Positions 48,487-58,958 of a DNA stretch of 64,000 nucleotides are shown here, in pieces (positions within the stretch are counted from its first letter, which is position 1; each line of letters starts with the position of its first letter). A program made the translations under genes and the position numbers. The notes under the pieces are model-generated. The model ran no database searches. It was not told where the DNA came from and was given only the letters and a program-made list of their open reading frames with translations. Origin of the DNA: Verrucomicrobiota bacterium (lineage in GTDB: Bacteria; Verrucomicrobiota; Verrucomicrobiia; Opitutales; Seribacteraceae); the NCBI GenBank assembly GCA_027622665.1, contig JAQBYT010000002.1:256001-320000 (forward strand). Direction: 5' to 3'.

Positions 48487-51400
48487 ATGCGATTTTTCAT
48501 CTTCCTTGTTATTTCCTTTAACCTACCTTTCTTGGGTATTCAAGCTGTTGGCGAACCAATTGCCGTGTCCGAGGCGGACATGCCGGCCCTGAATAATAAG
48601 CAGACTCCTTTTCGCGGAGTCATCAAGCACGATGGTTACGTTGGTCATACTTGGGTGAGTTATCCTCATGTCGAGAATCCCGCCAGCCTCGGGATCGATC
48701 CTCAGGGGCGACTATTCGTAGCAGAGGCAAATCGATTTTGGTTCGGAGTGCCCGATCTTCGTGGAGCCCAGCAAATGACGAGGGGCGATTTCAGATCGGT
48801 TACAGTGGAGGATCGGCAAAAATTGTACGACGAGCATATCTCTCTCCATGGACCCGGGCCCAAGGATAAGGACGCGGCTTGGTATACTAAGGTGCCGGAC
48901 CGTATCATACGGTTAGCGGATCGCGACGGCAATGGGGCGGCCGACCATCGCAATTTGTTCTCCGATCATTTCAAGGGTTCTCTAGATGGCATCGGATTCT
49001 CAGTTTTGGCGGAAAATGATGGAGTCTACTTTACTTGTATTCCTGCTGTCTGGAAAATGACCGACGCCAACGACGATGGTGTTGCAGATACTCACGAGCG
49101 GATAGCGGAGGGTTTTGGAGTGCGGGTTTCCTTTATCGGACATGACCTGCATGGTGTTATTCGCGGACTGGATGGTCGGCTCTATTTCTCGGTGGGAGAT
49201 CGCGGCTATCACGTTACGACCAAGGAAGGGAAGGTGTATCCCGGTTCGGGTCGAGGAGCTGTCTTTCGTTGCGAGTCCGATGGATCCGGTTTTGAGGTAT
49301 ATGCGAAAGGATTGAGGAATCCTCAGGAGTTGGCATTCGATGATCACGGCAACCTCTTCACCTTCGACAACACTGGGGATATCGGCGATCGGGCCCGCAT
49401 TGTCTACTTATTGGAGAACACTGATTCCGGTTGGGACATGTCTCACCAGTCTGCCCATCACTATCGCCAGATTTTGGACTGGGGTGAATTTCATCCTGCC
49501 AAGTCGATGTGGGTTGCGGAACAGATGTTTCAACCCTATCGCAAGGATCAACCGCAGTGGGTGTATCCGCCTGTCGGTCACGTCGCAAACGGACCTTCCG
49601 GAGTTACTTGGTTGACCGGTGACTCGGTCCCCGAGGATTTGCGCGGTCAGTTTCTCCTGACAGATTATCGCGGTTCTCCGAGCGGCTCAAATACATTGGC
49701 GGTAAAAGTAGAACCTAAAGGAGCAGGTTTTAGCTTCAAGGGTTCTCAAGAAATCATTCGTGGCATAGCGGCCTCCGATGTTGAGCTCGGTTACGACGGA
49801 TGCCTTTATTTCGCGGACTACGGGGGTGGTTGGAGTGTTAACAAAAATGGTTCCATACAGGTGCTCGAACCAAAGGATCCCGCCTTGCTCAAGGCAGGTT
49901 CCGCTGTGGCCGAGTTATTTGCCAAGGGCTTGACCGGTCGTCCCCTTGCCGAATTGAGAGACTTGCTGAGCCATCCTGATCAACGGGTTCGCAAATTGTC
50001 GCAGTTCGAATTGGTCAAGCGTGGAGCCAAGGGCAAGGCTGCTCTTGAGGAAATGGCAAAGTCAGTGGATGGTTCTTTGTTCTCTCGCTTGCATGCGGTC
50101 TGGGGTTTGGGGCAACTGGGGCGACAAGGGCAAGGTTCCGATCATACTTTGCTCGATCTCTTGGCCGATGCCGATGCCGAGATTCGCACCAATGCGGTCC
50201 GAGTTGTCGGCGACCTTCGAATGGATGGATCCCGTGACGCTCTGCTCAAGTTGCTTGGCGATGATTCCAAGCGCGTCCGATCTTTGGCTGCAATCGCATT
50301 GGGTCGTGTTTGCAAGCGGGGAGATGCCGAAGCAATAGCGGCGCTTTATGGCGTCGCTTCCCAAAATGTTTCTGATTTCGACGTCGTTTTGCGACACTCC
50401 TGCCTCTCTGCCCTCGACTGGGTGGGGACTGTCGAAAGCGCCGCTAAGAAATCCGCCTCTCCCTTGGTCGAGGAACGTTTACTGGCCGTTCTCTTTCTGC
50501 GTCGGCAGGAAAGCCCCAAGTTGGCGGAATTTTTGAGTGATGCCGATCAGGCGGTTCGCATCGAAGCTATCCGGGCGATTTATGATACCAATGTGCTTGA
50601 TACTTGGGTGGGTAATCGTCTGGCATCTCTATCTGCAGCTGGTTTGCCGGAAACCGTGCAACGTCGAATTGTGGCGGCAAATTACCGAAAGGGAAAAGCC
50701 AAACACGCCAAGCGGATGGTTACCTTGGCCGGCGATGCAAAACTTCATAAGTCGGTTAGACAGTCTGCTCTTCAGGGTTTGCGAATGTGGGAAGCCTCCA
50801 TCGATACCGATCCGGTACTGGGCCACTATCGTCCCCAGGTTGTAAAGGAGCGCAGCAAGAAGCAACTTGGTGTCGATCTTACCGGTGCGCTTCGTCAATT
50901 CATTTCTCGCAAGCAGGATTCTGCCTCTCGTACTTTTTCCAATTCCCTGACGGCTTTGGCCACCAAACTAGCGAACGAGGTTGGGGTATCTCTGGATGTC
51001 GCTACCTTGCGAAGTCAGGTCGTGGATGGAGAAGTGTCTGCCGATGTGCGAGTCGCCACTCTCGGTAGCTTGGCTCAGGCCGGTCAAGCGTCCGATGATG
51101 CCCTAATTCTCAATCTGATTGAGGATGGTGACGCCTCCGTTCGAGCTGCCGCTTTGCATCATGCCTTCGATCGCAAACTGGATGGTGTCGCCGAACTGGG
51201 TTTAGTTGCCGTCAAGGAGGGGCCTATCTCGGCGGCCCGCAGTGGTATAGCCGGTTTGGCAAAACTGGATCCCGTAGCCTTGACGGGTATCTGGTCCGCT
51301 CGAGACAAGAGTTTGCGCCGTGAGCTTTGGCTCGACGCCTATTTGGCTCTTGCCGGGGCACGGGACTCCCAAGTCGGCAAGGCGGTCGCATCCTTTGCCG

Positions 51401-51897
51401 CGAAAGACCCACTCAACGTTTTTTCTCTTAGTGAAGTGGGTGGCGACCCCCTCGCCGGTGAACAAGTATTTCGTAATCAGGGAGCTTGTCTACAGTGCCA
51501 CAAAATAGGATCCGAGGGGGGAGTTCAGGGTCCAGACCTGACCACTGTTTCCGAACGCCTGAAATCGGCGGAATTACTCCAGTCCGTGATTACTCCAGGA
51601 GCTGTCATCGCCGAAGGTTATGGTCTTTCCAGTATTGCTCTTCGTGACGGAACTGCTCTTGTCGGCCGTCTTGCAAAGCAGACTGAAACGGATGTTCAGC
51701 TTGTCGCCTTGGACGGAAAGATATCGAACTTGAAGCGGGCCGAGATTGCCTCGATCTCTCCCCCCGTTTCCCCCATGCCGCCGCTTGGGATGACGCTGCC
51801 GCCTAGAGATTTGCGCGACCTCATAGCCTTTCTTGCCTCACGAACTGCTGCGAACAATGCCAAGCGCAATGAGACCAAGCACGGCGAGGGTGAATAA
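48487..51897 (+). CDS. PVC-type heme-binding (glucose/quinate dehydrogenase-like) protein with HEAT repeats and C-terminal cytochrome c
   Basis: GHDLHG, GRLYFSVGDRG, GLRNPQELAFDDHGNLFT, HEAT-like repeats, CLQCH...GPDL and SPMPP. Confidence 0.88.
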   Translation: MRFFIFLVISFNLPFLGIQAVGEPIAVSEADMPALNNKQTPFRGVIKHDGYVGHTWVSYPHVENPASLGIDPQGRLFVAEANRFWFGVPDLRGAQQMTRGDFRSVTVEDRQKLYDEHISLHGPGPKDKDAAWYTKVPDRIIRLADRDGNGAADHRNLFSDHFKGSLDGIGFSVLAENDGVYFTCIPAVWKMTDANDDGVADTHERIAEGFGVRVSFIGHDLHGVIRGLDGRLYFSVGDRGYHVTTKEGKVYPGSGRGAVFRCESDGSGFEVYAKGLRNPQELAFDDHGNLFTFDNTGDIGDRARIVYLLENTDSGWDMSHQSAHHYRQILDWGEFHPAKSMWVAEQMFQPYRKDQPQWVYPPVGHVANGPSGVTWLTGDSVPEDLRGQFLLTDYRGSPSGSNTLAVKVEPKGAGFSFKGSQEIIRGIAASDVELGYDGCLYFADYGGGWSVNKNGSIQVLEPKDPALLKAGSAVAELFAKGLTGRPLAELRDLLSHPDQRVRKLSQFELVKRGAKGKAALEEMAKSVDGSLFSRLHAVWGLGQLGRQGQGSDHTLLDLLADADAEIRTNAVRVVGDLRMDGSRDALLKLLGDDSKRVRSLAAIALGRVCKRGDAEAIAALYGVASQNVSDFDVVLRHSCLSALDWVGTVESAAKKSASPLVEERLLAVLFLRRQESPKLAEFLSDADQAVRIEAIRAIYDTNVLDTWVGNRLASLSAAGLPETVQRRIVAANYRKGKAKHAKRMVTLAGDAKLHKSVRQSALQGLRMWEASIDTDPVLGHYRPQVVKERSKKQLGVDLTGALRQFISRKQDSASRTFSNSLTALATKLANEVGVSLDVATLRSQVVDGEVSADVRVATLGSLAQAGQASDDALILNLIEDGDASVRAAALHHAFDRKLDGVAELGLVAVKEGPISAARSGIAGLAKLDPVALTGIWSARDKSLRRELWLDAYLALAGARDSQVGKAVASFAAKDPLNVFSLSEVGGDPLAGEQVFRNQGACLQCHKIGSEGGVQGPDLTTVSERLKSAELLQSVITPGAVIAEGYGLSSIALRDGTALVGRLAKQTETDVQLVALDGKISNLKRAEIASISPPVSPMPPLGMTLPPRDLRDLIAFLASRTAANNAKRNETKHGEGE

Positions 51898-51906
51898 CAT
51901 GGTCAC

Positions 51907-53889
51907 ATGAATTCCATGTCTCTAGGATCGACCTCAAGAATTCTGGTTATCGCCTTTACTTCGCTAACTGTTCTTTTCGCTCAAGGTCTCGCTCTTCCAT
52001 CAAAATTCATCCAACCGGATCCCAAGGGCTTCCCCGAGCTCTTTGCTTTTACGGATACTTGCAACAGTTACCTTCTTCGTGACGGCGACGCCGCCTTGTT
52101 GATCGACTTGGGCGATGGTGGAGTCCTTGATCATCTGGATACTCTCGGCGTGAAGCATATCGAGTGGGTATTGTTCACCCATCACCATCGCGAGCAATGC
52201 CAAGGCATAGGAAAGGTCGATCGCAAGGTGACTCACGTGGCGGTTCCCGAGGGGGAGCGTGAGCTCTTTGAGAATCCGATCTCCTTTCGCAAATGGTTTC
52301 CCAAGCTAAACGACAAGTATTCCGTCTACGGGGCCAGTTACGCTCGACCACCCAGCCAACCTATCACCGTCGACAAGACATTGAAGGACGTCGAAACCTT
52401 TGCTTGGCGAGATTACCGAATCGAGTGCCTGTCAACCCCCGGGCATTCACCCGCCGGCATGACTTACCTGTTGCGTCGGAAGGGTGGGGCGATTGTCTTT
52501 ACGGGAGGCGTCATGCATGACGGGTCGAAGATGACCACTTGGTATGACTCCGAATGGGACTACGGTTTCGCCAAGGGTGTGGATGCTGTCCTTGGCTCTG
52601 TCGACAAACTTATCGAAAAGAAACCCGTTCTCGCCTTGCCCTCGCATGGACCCGCAATCCGTAATGCCACGGCTCAACTGAAAACCTACAGGGAAAAACT
52701 GACTACCTTTCGAGCGAGCTATATCCGCGGCTATGCGGTCCACAAGATGACCCCCAAGCAGAGTGATCCCATCTCGAAACCGACCGCCTTCCCCTTGATG
52801 AGCCGGGTTACTCCGCACCTTTACAAGCTGAACCCGGAGACCTTGGGCAAAAACTTCGCTATCATCATATCGGATAACGGGCGCGGTCTCGTACTCGACT
52901 GCGGGCTTTTCCCCGAGGTTTTGCTGCACCGATTGATCCAAGGCATGAAGAAGCACTTCGGGTTGAAACAGATCGATGCTCTCTGGATTTCGCACATGCA
53001 CGGTGACCACTTCCTGCTGGGCCCCGTCCTGCGGGAAAAGTACGGGGCCAAGACCTGGACATTGGACAGCATCGCCGACAAATGTGAGAACCCGCGCCGT
53101 TATGATTACGCCGCCCTCGTCTCGGCTTATGGTTCGGGTTACGTCGGCTCTTTTATTGACGGAATGAAGATCGACAAGCCTTTCCGCGATGGGGAGTCCG
53201 TGGACTGGGAGGGATACAAGGTGCAGATCGACTGGATGCCCGGACAGACCGAGTTCGGGTGTTGCCTGTGGTTGGAAATAGATGGAAAACGAATTGCCTT
53301 CACCGGGGACAATCTTTTTGCGGATTCTTCAAACGTTAAGCAGAACGGTCACGAGGCTGTGGTGGCCCGCAACAGTTCCATTCTCGAGGAAGGTTACTTG
53401 CTCGGAAGTCGATATCTTCGCGACTTGAAGCCCGACCTCGTGATGGGGGCGCACTCCTACGTCATGCCGAATCCCGCCGGTTTGCTTGATCGCTACCATG
53501 CGTGGTCCAAGGAAATTATTCGACTCTACAAGGATCTCTTGCCTGAGAAAGACTACGAATACCTCTACGACCCCTATTGGGTCTCGGCTTATCCCTATCG
53601 AGTCGATTTCACCAAGGAAACCACCCAAACCGTCGAGATCACGTTACGCAACTTTCGTTCCACGCCCCAGCTCCATCGTGTCGAGCTAAAGCTTCCGCCG
53701 GGCGTCAAGGCGGAACCTGCCGTTCTGGAGTCCTCCGTCGAGGCGGAGAGTCGTCGCAGTTTTCCCGTGCAGTTAACCATCGACCGTAAGGCCGTTTCGC
53801 CCGGTATCCAGATGATACCTTTTGACATTACGCTTGATGGTAAACGTCACGGTGAGCTTTTCGATTTCATTATCCGAACCGGCGAATAG
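51907..53889 (+). CDS. Tandem metallo-beta-lactamase-fold hydrolase with Ig-like C-terminus
   Basis: Domain 1: LIDLG, THHHREQ, TPGHS, LPSHG. Domain 2: VLDCG, SHMHGDH, PGQT, FTGDN, GAH. Confidence 0.85.
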   Translation: MNSMSLGSTSRILVIAFTSLTVLFAQGLALPSKFIQPDPKGFPELFAFTDTCNSYLLRDGDAALLIDLGDGGVLDHLDTLGVKHIEWVLFTHHHREQCQGIGKVDRKVTHVAVPEGERELFENPISFRKWFPKLNDKYSVYGASYARPPSQPITVDKTLKDVETFAWRDYRIECLSTPGHSPAGMTYLLRRKGGAIVFTGGVMHDGSKMTTWYDSEWDYGFAKGVDAVLGSVDKLIEKKPVLALPSHGPAIRNATAQLKTYREKLTTFRASYIRGYAVHKMTPKQSDPISKPTAFPLMSRVTPHLYKLNPETLGKNFAIIISDNGRGLVLDCGLFPEVLLHRLIQGMKKHFGLKQIDALWISHMHGDHFLLGPVLREKYGAKTWTLDSIADKCENPRRYDYAALVSAYGSGYVGSFIDGMKIDKPFRDGESVDWEGYKVQIDWMPGQTEFGCCLWLEIDGKRIAFTGDNLFADSSNVKQNGHEAVVARNSSILEEGYLLGSRYLRDLKPDLVMGAHSYVMPNPAGLLDRYHAWSKEIIRLYKDLLPEKDYEYLYDPYWVSAYPYRVDFTKETTQTVEITLRNFRSTPQLHRVELKLPPGVKAEPAVLESSVEAESRRSFPVQLTIDRKAVSPGIQMIPFDITLDGKRHGELFDFIIRTGE

Positions 53890-54055
53890 GTATTCTCTGG
53901 AGTTTTCTGCAGTTGATTATGGTGCTACCTACTATCGGAATTTGGGGTTTCCGTCTACTTGACGCTTGTTCATCAAAACTGTTAGCTAGCTTTGGATCTA
54001 TGCCGTTCCCTTCAATCACTAGTTTTCCTCACTCAAACTCAACCTAGAACCTGTT

Positions 54056-54781
54056 GTGACCTCCGATGCCTCCAATCGATTAATTGCCGCTACGGTCGAC
54101 CTCAAGGATCAGGTGAATGAGCTCAACTTTGGTTCGCCGACCGAGTATGTTTACAATCCATTGGATTATGCTTGGCCCGCCCATGAACAGTATTTGCGAA
54201 TGGCCACCGCCACCCCGACGAAGGTTGTGTTTCTGGGCATGAATCCCGGCCCTTTTGGAATGGTTCAGACTGGGGTTCCCTTTGGCGAAGTCGCGGCTGT
54301 TAAGGGCTGGATCGGAATCAATGCGCCGATTGGCAAACCGCCCCGAGAGCATCCCAAGCGACCTGTTGAAGGCTTGGCTTGTTCCCGAAGCGAGGTGAGT
54401 GGTCGCCGCTTGTGGGGTCTCTTCGCCGACCGTTTTGGCTCGGCGCCTGCCTTCTTCGAGGATCACCTTGTGGCGAACTTTTGCCCTCTGGCTTTCATGG
54501 AGGAGGGAGGGCGTAACCGGACTCCTGACAAACTGCCCGCCTCCGAAGCAAAACCACTATTGGCAGCCTGCGACCAGTACTTGTTTGAAACAGTAAGAAT
54601 TCTTCGACCAGATTGGTTGGTCGCCGTAGGAGGATTTGCCGAGGCTCGAGCTATTTCTGCCTTGGCGGGTTTGGAGGTAAGGATTGGTAAGGTGCTGCAT
54701 CCAAGCCCCGCTAGTCCTGCCGCAAATCGAGGTTGGGCCGAACAAGCTACCCATCAACTAGAAAACCAGGGGATTTGGTGA
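54056..54781 (+). CDS. SMUG1-like (family 3) uracil-DNA glycosylase
   Basis: VYNPLDYA, FLGMNPGPFGMVQTGVPFG, SEVSGRRLW, NFCPL and LHPSPASP. Confidence 0.93.
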   Translation: MTSDASNRLIAATVDLKDQVNELNFGSPTEYVYNPLDYAWPAHEQYLRMATATPTKVVFLGMNPGPFGMVQTGVPFGEVAAVKGWIGINAPIGKPPREHPKRPVEGLACSRSEVSGRRLWGLFADRFGSAPAFFEDHLVANFCPLAFMEEGGRNRTPDKLPASEAKPLLAACDQYLFETVRILRPDWLVAVGGFAEARAISALAGLEVRIGKVLHPSPASPAANRGWAEQATHQLENQGIW

Positions 54782-54811
54782 ATGAATCCTAATCTTTTAT
54801 GAATCCATGAC

Positions 54812-55253
54812 TTTCTGTCCAAAACCTATGAATTTCCTATCGTTCATGAAGGCCCCGTACTTTCGTCAACCTCGGTGAATGGAAAGAAATTCGTTCTTCA
54901 TTTTCAATCAACTGGTTCCGGCTTGATTGGCGCCCGAAAGGGAAAGCTCGATGCCTTTGCACTTGCCGGAAAGCACCGCGTCTGGCACCGGGCTGAAGCG
55001 AGTATGGAGAAGGAGGTGATCGGTTCTTTCGTTCATCAAGGTCCAAAAGCCTGTGGCAGCCCGTTACGCTTGGGCTATGAACCTTTCTAAAAGAAACCTC
55101 CTTTACAAAAAAGAAGGGTTTCCTGCTTCCCCTTTCCGGAACGACGATTGGCCCATCTTCGATCCCAAGCCAGACCTAATCGATGTGGCCAAGCCTGAAA
55201 AGCCAAAGGGGTATCAATCCAAGGACTGGACCCGCCCCTATATGCTCGAGTGA
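54812..55253 (+). pseudogene. Frameshifted C-terminal remnant of a sialate O-acetylesterase
   Basis: EGPVL...FALAGKHRVWHRAEA in one frame, continuing as [12 protein letters not shown]...[13 protein letters not shown] in another. Confidence 0.75.
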
Positions 55254-55437
55254 GTCTTCCACTCGAATCCTCATGAAGAAACGTTTTCATCAGATTGTTT
55301 CCTTCTTCTTCTGGTCTTCTTCTCTCCATACGGTAGGCCGTTCAAATGGGGTCAAGTTCAGGGAATTATGGATCGGGGGAATCCATTGATTCACTTTTGC
55401 TTCGATTTCGAGACTGTAATCCTTCACATTCGATTCG

Positions 55438-57180
55438 ATGGAAAAAAAAGACATTGTCGGTGTACTCGAGCAAATCGGTACCATGATGGAGATCAAGGGG
55501 GAAAACCCTTTCAAGGTGCGGGCCTATTTTTCGGGTGCGAGAACCTTGCAGACATTGGAGGAGGATCTGGCTCAAGTAATCGAGGAAGGCCGGTTGAGTG
55601 CAGTCCCCGGCATCGGCAAGGCTTTGACCGAGAAAATCCAGACCTTATACGCGACCGGCGAACTTGAGTTTTATGACAAGCTGGTCGCCTCAGTTCCATC
55701 CGGCTTGCTCGATCTGCTCGAAATTCCCGGCCTTGGAGGAAAGAAAATCAAGGTTTTGCACGAGCAACTGGGCATCGACTCGATCGAGTCCCTGACGGAG
55801 GCCTGCAACGAGGGCAGGGTCGCCGAGCTCAAGGGGTTCGGTGAAAAGACCCAGGAAAAGATTCTCTCCGGGATCAAGAATCGGGAAGCCTACGCTGCCC
55901 GCCATCTTTGGTGGAAGGCAAGGGAGGTAGCGGACCGAATCCTGTCCGGTTTGCAGGACCTGCCTCAAGTTGAGCGGGTCGAGGCCGCCGGCAGCCTCCG
56001 CCGTGGAATGGAAACGGTGGGCGACCTTGACTTCTTGGTCGCCTCCTCCGAACCGGGTCCGGTCATGGACTGGTTTACGAGCATGGATGGAATCGCGGAG
56101 GTTACGGCCCATGGAGACACCAAGTCGAGCGTGCGCTTTGATGACGGTATGCAGGCGGACCTGCGGGTCGTCCCGGGCGAGCAATTCTTTTTCGCCCTGC
56201 ATCACTTTACGGGTTCCAAGGACCACAACGTTCGGATGCGCCAGAAGGCCCTTTCCCTTGGGTTAAGTCTGAGCGAATGGGGCCTTCGACCGGAAGAGGA
56301 AAAAGATTCTTCCCGCAAGGCGGGCCCGATCGCGGCCCATTCCGAGGAGGATATCTTCGAGGCCCTTGGGCTGCAGTACGTCCCGCCTGCTCTCAGGGAA
56401 GGATTGGGTGAAGTCGAGGTGGCGGAGAAAAACGAGCTTCCCGAATTGCTTGAGCTTTCAGATCTCAAGGGTTGCTTCCATAACCACACCACTGCCTCTG
56501 ATGGCCGAAACACTTTGGGGGAGATGGCCGGCGAGGCGGATGCTCGGGGCTGGGAATACCTCGGCATAGCCGATCATTCTAAGTCCAGCTTTCAAGCCAA
56601 CGGGCTGGACGAGGACCGTCTGGCCAAGCAAGTCACGGCTATCCGTGAACTCAATGAGAGCGGACGGTTCCGATGCCATGTTTTTGCCGGTTCCGAAGTT
56701 GACGTACTCTCGGGTGGCAAACTCGATTTCGAGGATTCCGTACTCGAGTCCCTCGATTACGTCGTGGCTTCCGTCCATGCCGGCCTGACTCAGGACGAGG
56801 AGACCATGACCGCTCGGATCATCAAGGCACTCGAGCATCCCTCGGTCACTATGTTTGGTCACCTCAGTACTCGCCTGCTTCTGAGGCGGGAACCCAGTCG
56901 GATGAATATACCGAAAATTATCGATGCGGCTATCGCCAACGGCAAGATTTTGGAACTGAATGCCAACCCCATGCGCCTCGACTTGGACTGGAGGCACTGG
57001 AGGCGGGCTGCGGAGAAGGGGCTGCTTTGCTGCATCAACCCGGATGCCCACGCCACCCATCACTTCGACTACCAGCTTGCCGGTGTCCATGCCGCCCGCA
57101 AGGGATGGTTGACCGCCGATGAAGTGCTTAATACCCGTACCCTGAACGAGATCAAGGAGTACCTCGCCGGCACGGGCTGA
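55438..57180 (+). CDS. polX: DNA polymerase X with C-terminal PHP domain
   Basis: GENPFKVRAY, HhH motifs, GSLRR...GDLDFL, QADLRVV and HFTGSKDHN; PHP motifs HNHT, DHS, GSEVD, SVH and NPDAH. Confidence 0.95.
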   Translation: MEKKDIVGVLEQIGTMMEIKGENPFKVRAYFSGARTLQTLEEDLAQVIEEGRLSAVPGIGKALTEKIQTLYATGELEFYDKLVASVPSGLLDLLEIPGLGGKKIKVLHEQLGIDSIESLTEACNEGRVAELKGFGEKTQEKILSGIKNREAYAARHLWWKAREVADRILSGLQDLPQVERVEAAGSLRRGMETVGDLDFLVASSEPGPVMDWFTSMDGIAEVTAHGDTKSSVRFDDGMQADLRVVPGEQFFFALHHFTGSKDHNVRMRQKALSLGLSLSEWGLRPEEEKDSSRKAGPIAAHSEEDIFEALGLQYVPPALREGLGEVEVAEKNELPELLELSDLKGCFHNHTTASDGRNTLGEMAGEADARGWEYLGIADHSKSSFQANGLDEDRLAKQVTAIRELNESGRFRCHVFAGSEVDVLSGGKLDFEDSVLESLDYVVASVHAGLTQDEETMTARIIKALEHPSVTMFGHLSTRLLLRREPSRMNIPKIIDAAIANGKILELNANPMRLDLDWRHWRRAAEKGLLCCINPDAHATHHFDYQLAGVHAARKGWLTADEVLNTRTLNEIKEYLAGTG

Positions 57181-57198
57181 GCTTCTCTCTTCCTCCCC

Positions 57199-57546
57199 AT
57201 GCATTTTCTCTTGGGAGCCCTTATGTCTTTACCGGTAGGGCTTTTCGGTAAACCCAACTTCATGATCTTTCTTGCCGACGATTTGGGCTACGGGGACGTC
57301 GGTTATCAGGGCGGAAACGTACCGAACCCGAATATTGATTCGATCGCCAAGGAAGGTGTGATCTTTACCTAGCAGACCTTCGGGTTCTGGGAAAAGATAG
57401 GTCCTTTTCGTGTATCCAAGGAAGTGGAGCCCGGGATTCCCCTGACCTTGGGGAAAACATGGCACGAGGTGAAACGTGTGCGAGTGTGGTCCGCCAAACC
57501 GAACCCGGAATGGGAGCAGTTCAAAGGGGAAGCCCTTTATGTCTAA
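57199..57546 (+). pseudogene. Sulfatase 5' remnant ending at TAG, followed in frame by an unrelated C-terminal fragment
   Basis: [40 protein letters not shown] (TAG at 57370), then ...EVKRVRVWSAKPNPEW...stop at 57546. Confidence 0.7.
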
Positions 57547-57629
57547 AGTTCACGATTATCGGAACACCATATGTCCCTAGTCCTTGCTATTGTCTGATGG
57601 GAGTGCGCTTTTTCTCCATCATTCTTTCT

Positions 57630-58823
57630 TCATTTGCCGTTGAATGCGGGTATTAGTTTTTGTGGGAGTGATCGGAGCATGGTTCCCATCCCTTTGTTGT
57701 GTGCTGTGGCGACGATGACTAGGTTTAATTCGGGGAACATGAAAATGAATTGACCACCGGCTCCGCGCCCTTGCTTGCATTGGTAAGTTTTGCCGTCGAC
57801 CTCGAATTCCTCCACCCACCAAAAGTATCCATAGTAGGCATTCCCGTAGCTGAGCTTGATCGGGTGGGTGGCTTTTTTGACGAATGCCTCGGGCAAGTGC
57901 TGCTTCCCCTTCCACTTTCCATCGTTAAGAACAAGGAGGCCCATCTTGATCATGTCGCGGGAGAGGAAACTTGATCCGGCCGCCGATTGGGGCAGGCCAC
58001 TTACGTCCTCCTGCCAATGGTAATTCGTAATTTGCATAGGCTTGAGCAGTTCATCCCTAATGAAATCCTTCGCTGATCCTGGGACAACGCTCTCAATTAC
58101 TTGCATGGTGAGGACGGGATCGGCGGCTTGGTATTTGAATTCGCGGGGGTAGGGTGAAATGGGTTCACTAAACTGCAAGTAGGCTCGAGCTTGACCTTGC
58201 CCCTTGAGCAAGCTGGGGGTTCTCATGAGTTGACGGATCTTCTCCTTGGGCAACCGGACCCCCGAGCACATATGCATTGCTTCGTGCAAAGTGACCTGCT
58301 CGGCACCGTCGGCAAGCTTGGAGGGATCAACCTTCTTGAGAAAGGAAACGACAGGTTTGTCCAAGTCCTGCATAGTGAGGTAACCGAGTTGGATGGCCCG
58401 ACCTAGGGCAAAAGCTGTGTAGGACTTCGTGATCGACATTTGATAGTGTGGATAATTCGCCCGTCCCCGTCGGAAGTAAGCTTCGAAGATCAATTTATCT
58501 TTGTGGGCGATGAGCAGGCTGTCGGTCTTGCCGGTCTTGGGATCGTTAGACGCTTGGGCCAGTTCGCGAGCATAGGCGAGAACCAGTTTCCTGTTTCCGC
58601 CGTCTTTCCCGAGCACCCCTACGGGCAATTGATCCTTCTTGTCGCCCGGGGCAGGATCGATGAAGGATTTTTTAAGGTAGGTAAGGTTCTTTTCCCGTTC
58701 GTAGGAGACGTCCTTGGCATTGAGGTCGGTGACCTCGGGAGCGAGTCCGGTACTCGGTTTTGCGTTTGTCGCAAAAAGGGGCAGGCATGCGAGGAGGAAA
58801 CAGGTGAGGTTCTTGGATTTCAT
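57630..58823 (-). CDS. Serine hydrolase, beta-lactamase class C-like family
   Basis: Signal peptide, SITK (SxxK), FKYQ, YGYFWW and GRGAGGQ. Confidence 0.88.
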   Translation of the reverse strand: MKSKNLTCFLLACLPLFATNAKPSTGLAPEVTDLNAKDVSYEREKNLTYLKKSFIDPAPGDKKDQLPVGVLGKDGGNRKLVLAYARELAQASNDPKTGKTDSLLIAHKDKLIFEAYFRRGRANYPHYQMSITKSYTAFALGRAIQLGYLTMQDLDKPVVSFLKKVDPSKLADGAEQVTLHEAMHMCSGVRLPKEKIRQLMRTPSLLKGQGQARAYLQFSEPISPYPREFKYQAADPVLTMQVIESVVPGSAKDFIRDELLKPMQITNYHWQEDVSGLPQSAAGSSFLSRDMIKMGLLVLNDGKWKGKQHLPEAFVKKATHPIKLSYGNAYYGYFWWVEEFEVDGKTYQCKQGRGAGGQFIFMFPELNLVIVATAHNKGMGTMLRSLPQKLIPAFNGK

Positions 58824-58958
58824 GTTTGTCGATAATGGAGTGACTCATCTTGGGTACTGCCTGCAAGTCGGATCAACCCGCATGGGACGTGAAATTAATG
58901 ACTATTCAAACTCCTATGACATTGACAAGATTAAGGATTACGAAAGGAATCATATATT

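Noticed and set aside
22538..57372. Genome-wide reassignment of TAG to an amino acid
   Set aside because: Many intact genes end at TAG exactly where their families end (e.g. 2421, 16566, 41458), and the interrupted positions imply different residues.
57630..58823. Antibiotic-resistance beta-lactamase
   Set aside because: SxxK is present, but the YxN and KTG motifs are altered (YQA, GRG), as in esterase/amide-hydrolase members. No resistance claim can be supported.
58922..58950. TTGACA promoter before the DUF1080 gene
   Set aside because: The -35 is perfect, but there is no convincing -10 at 16-18 bp.
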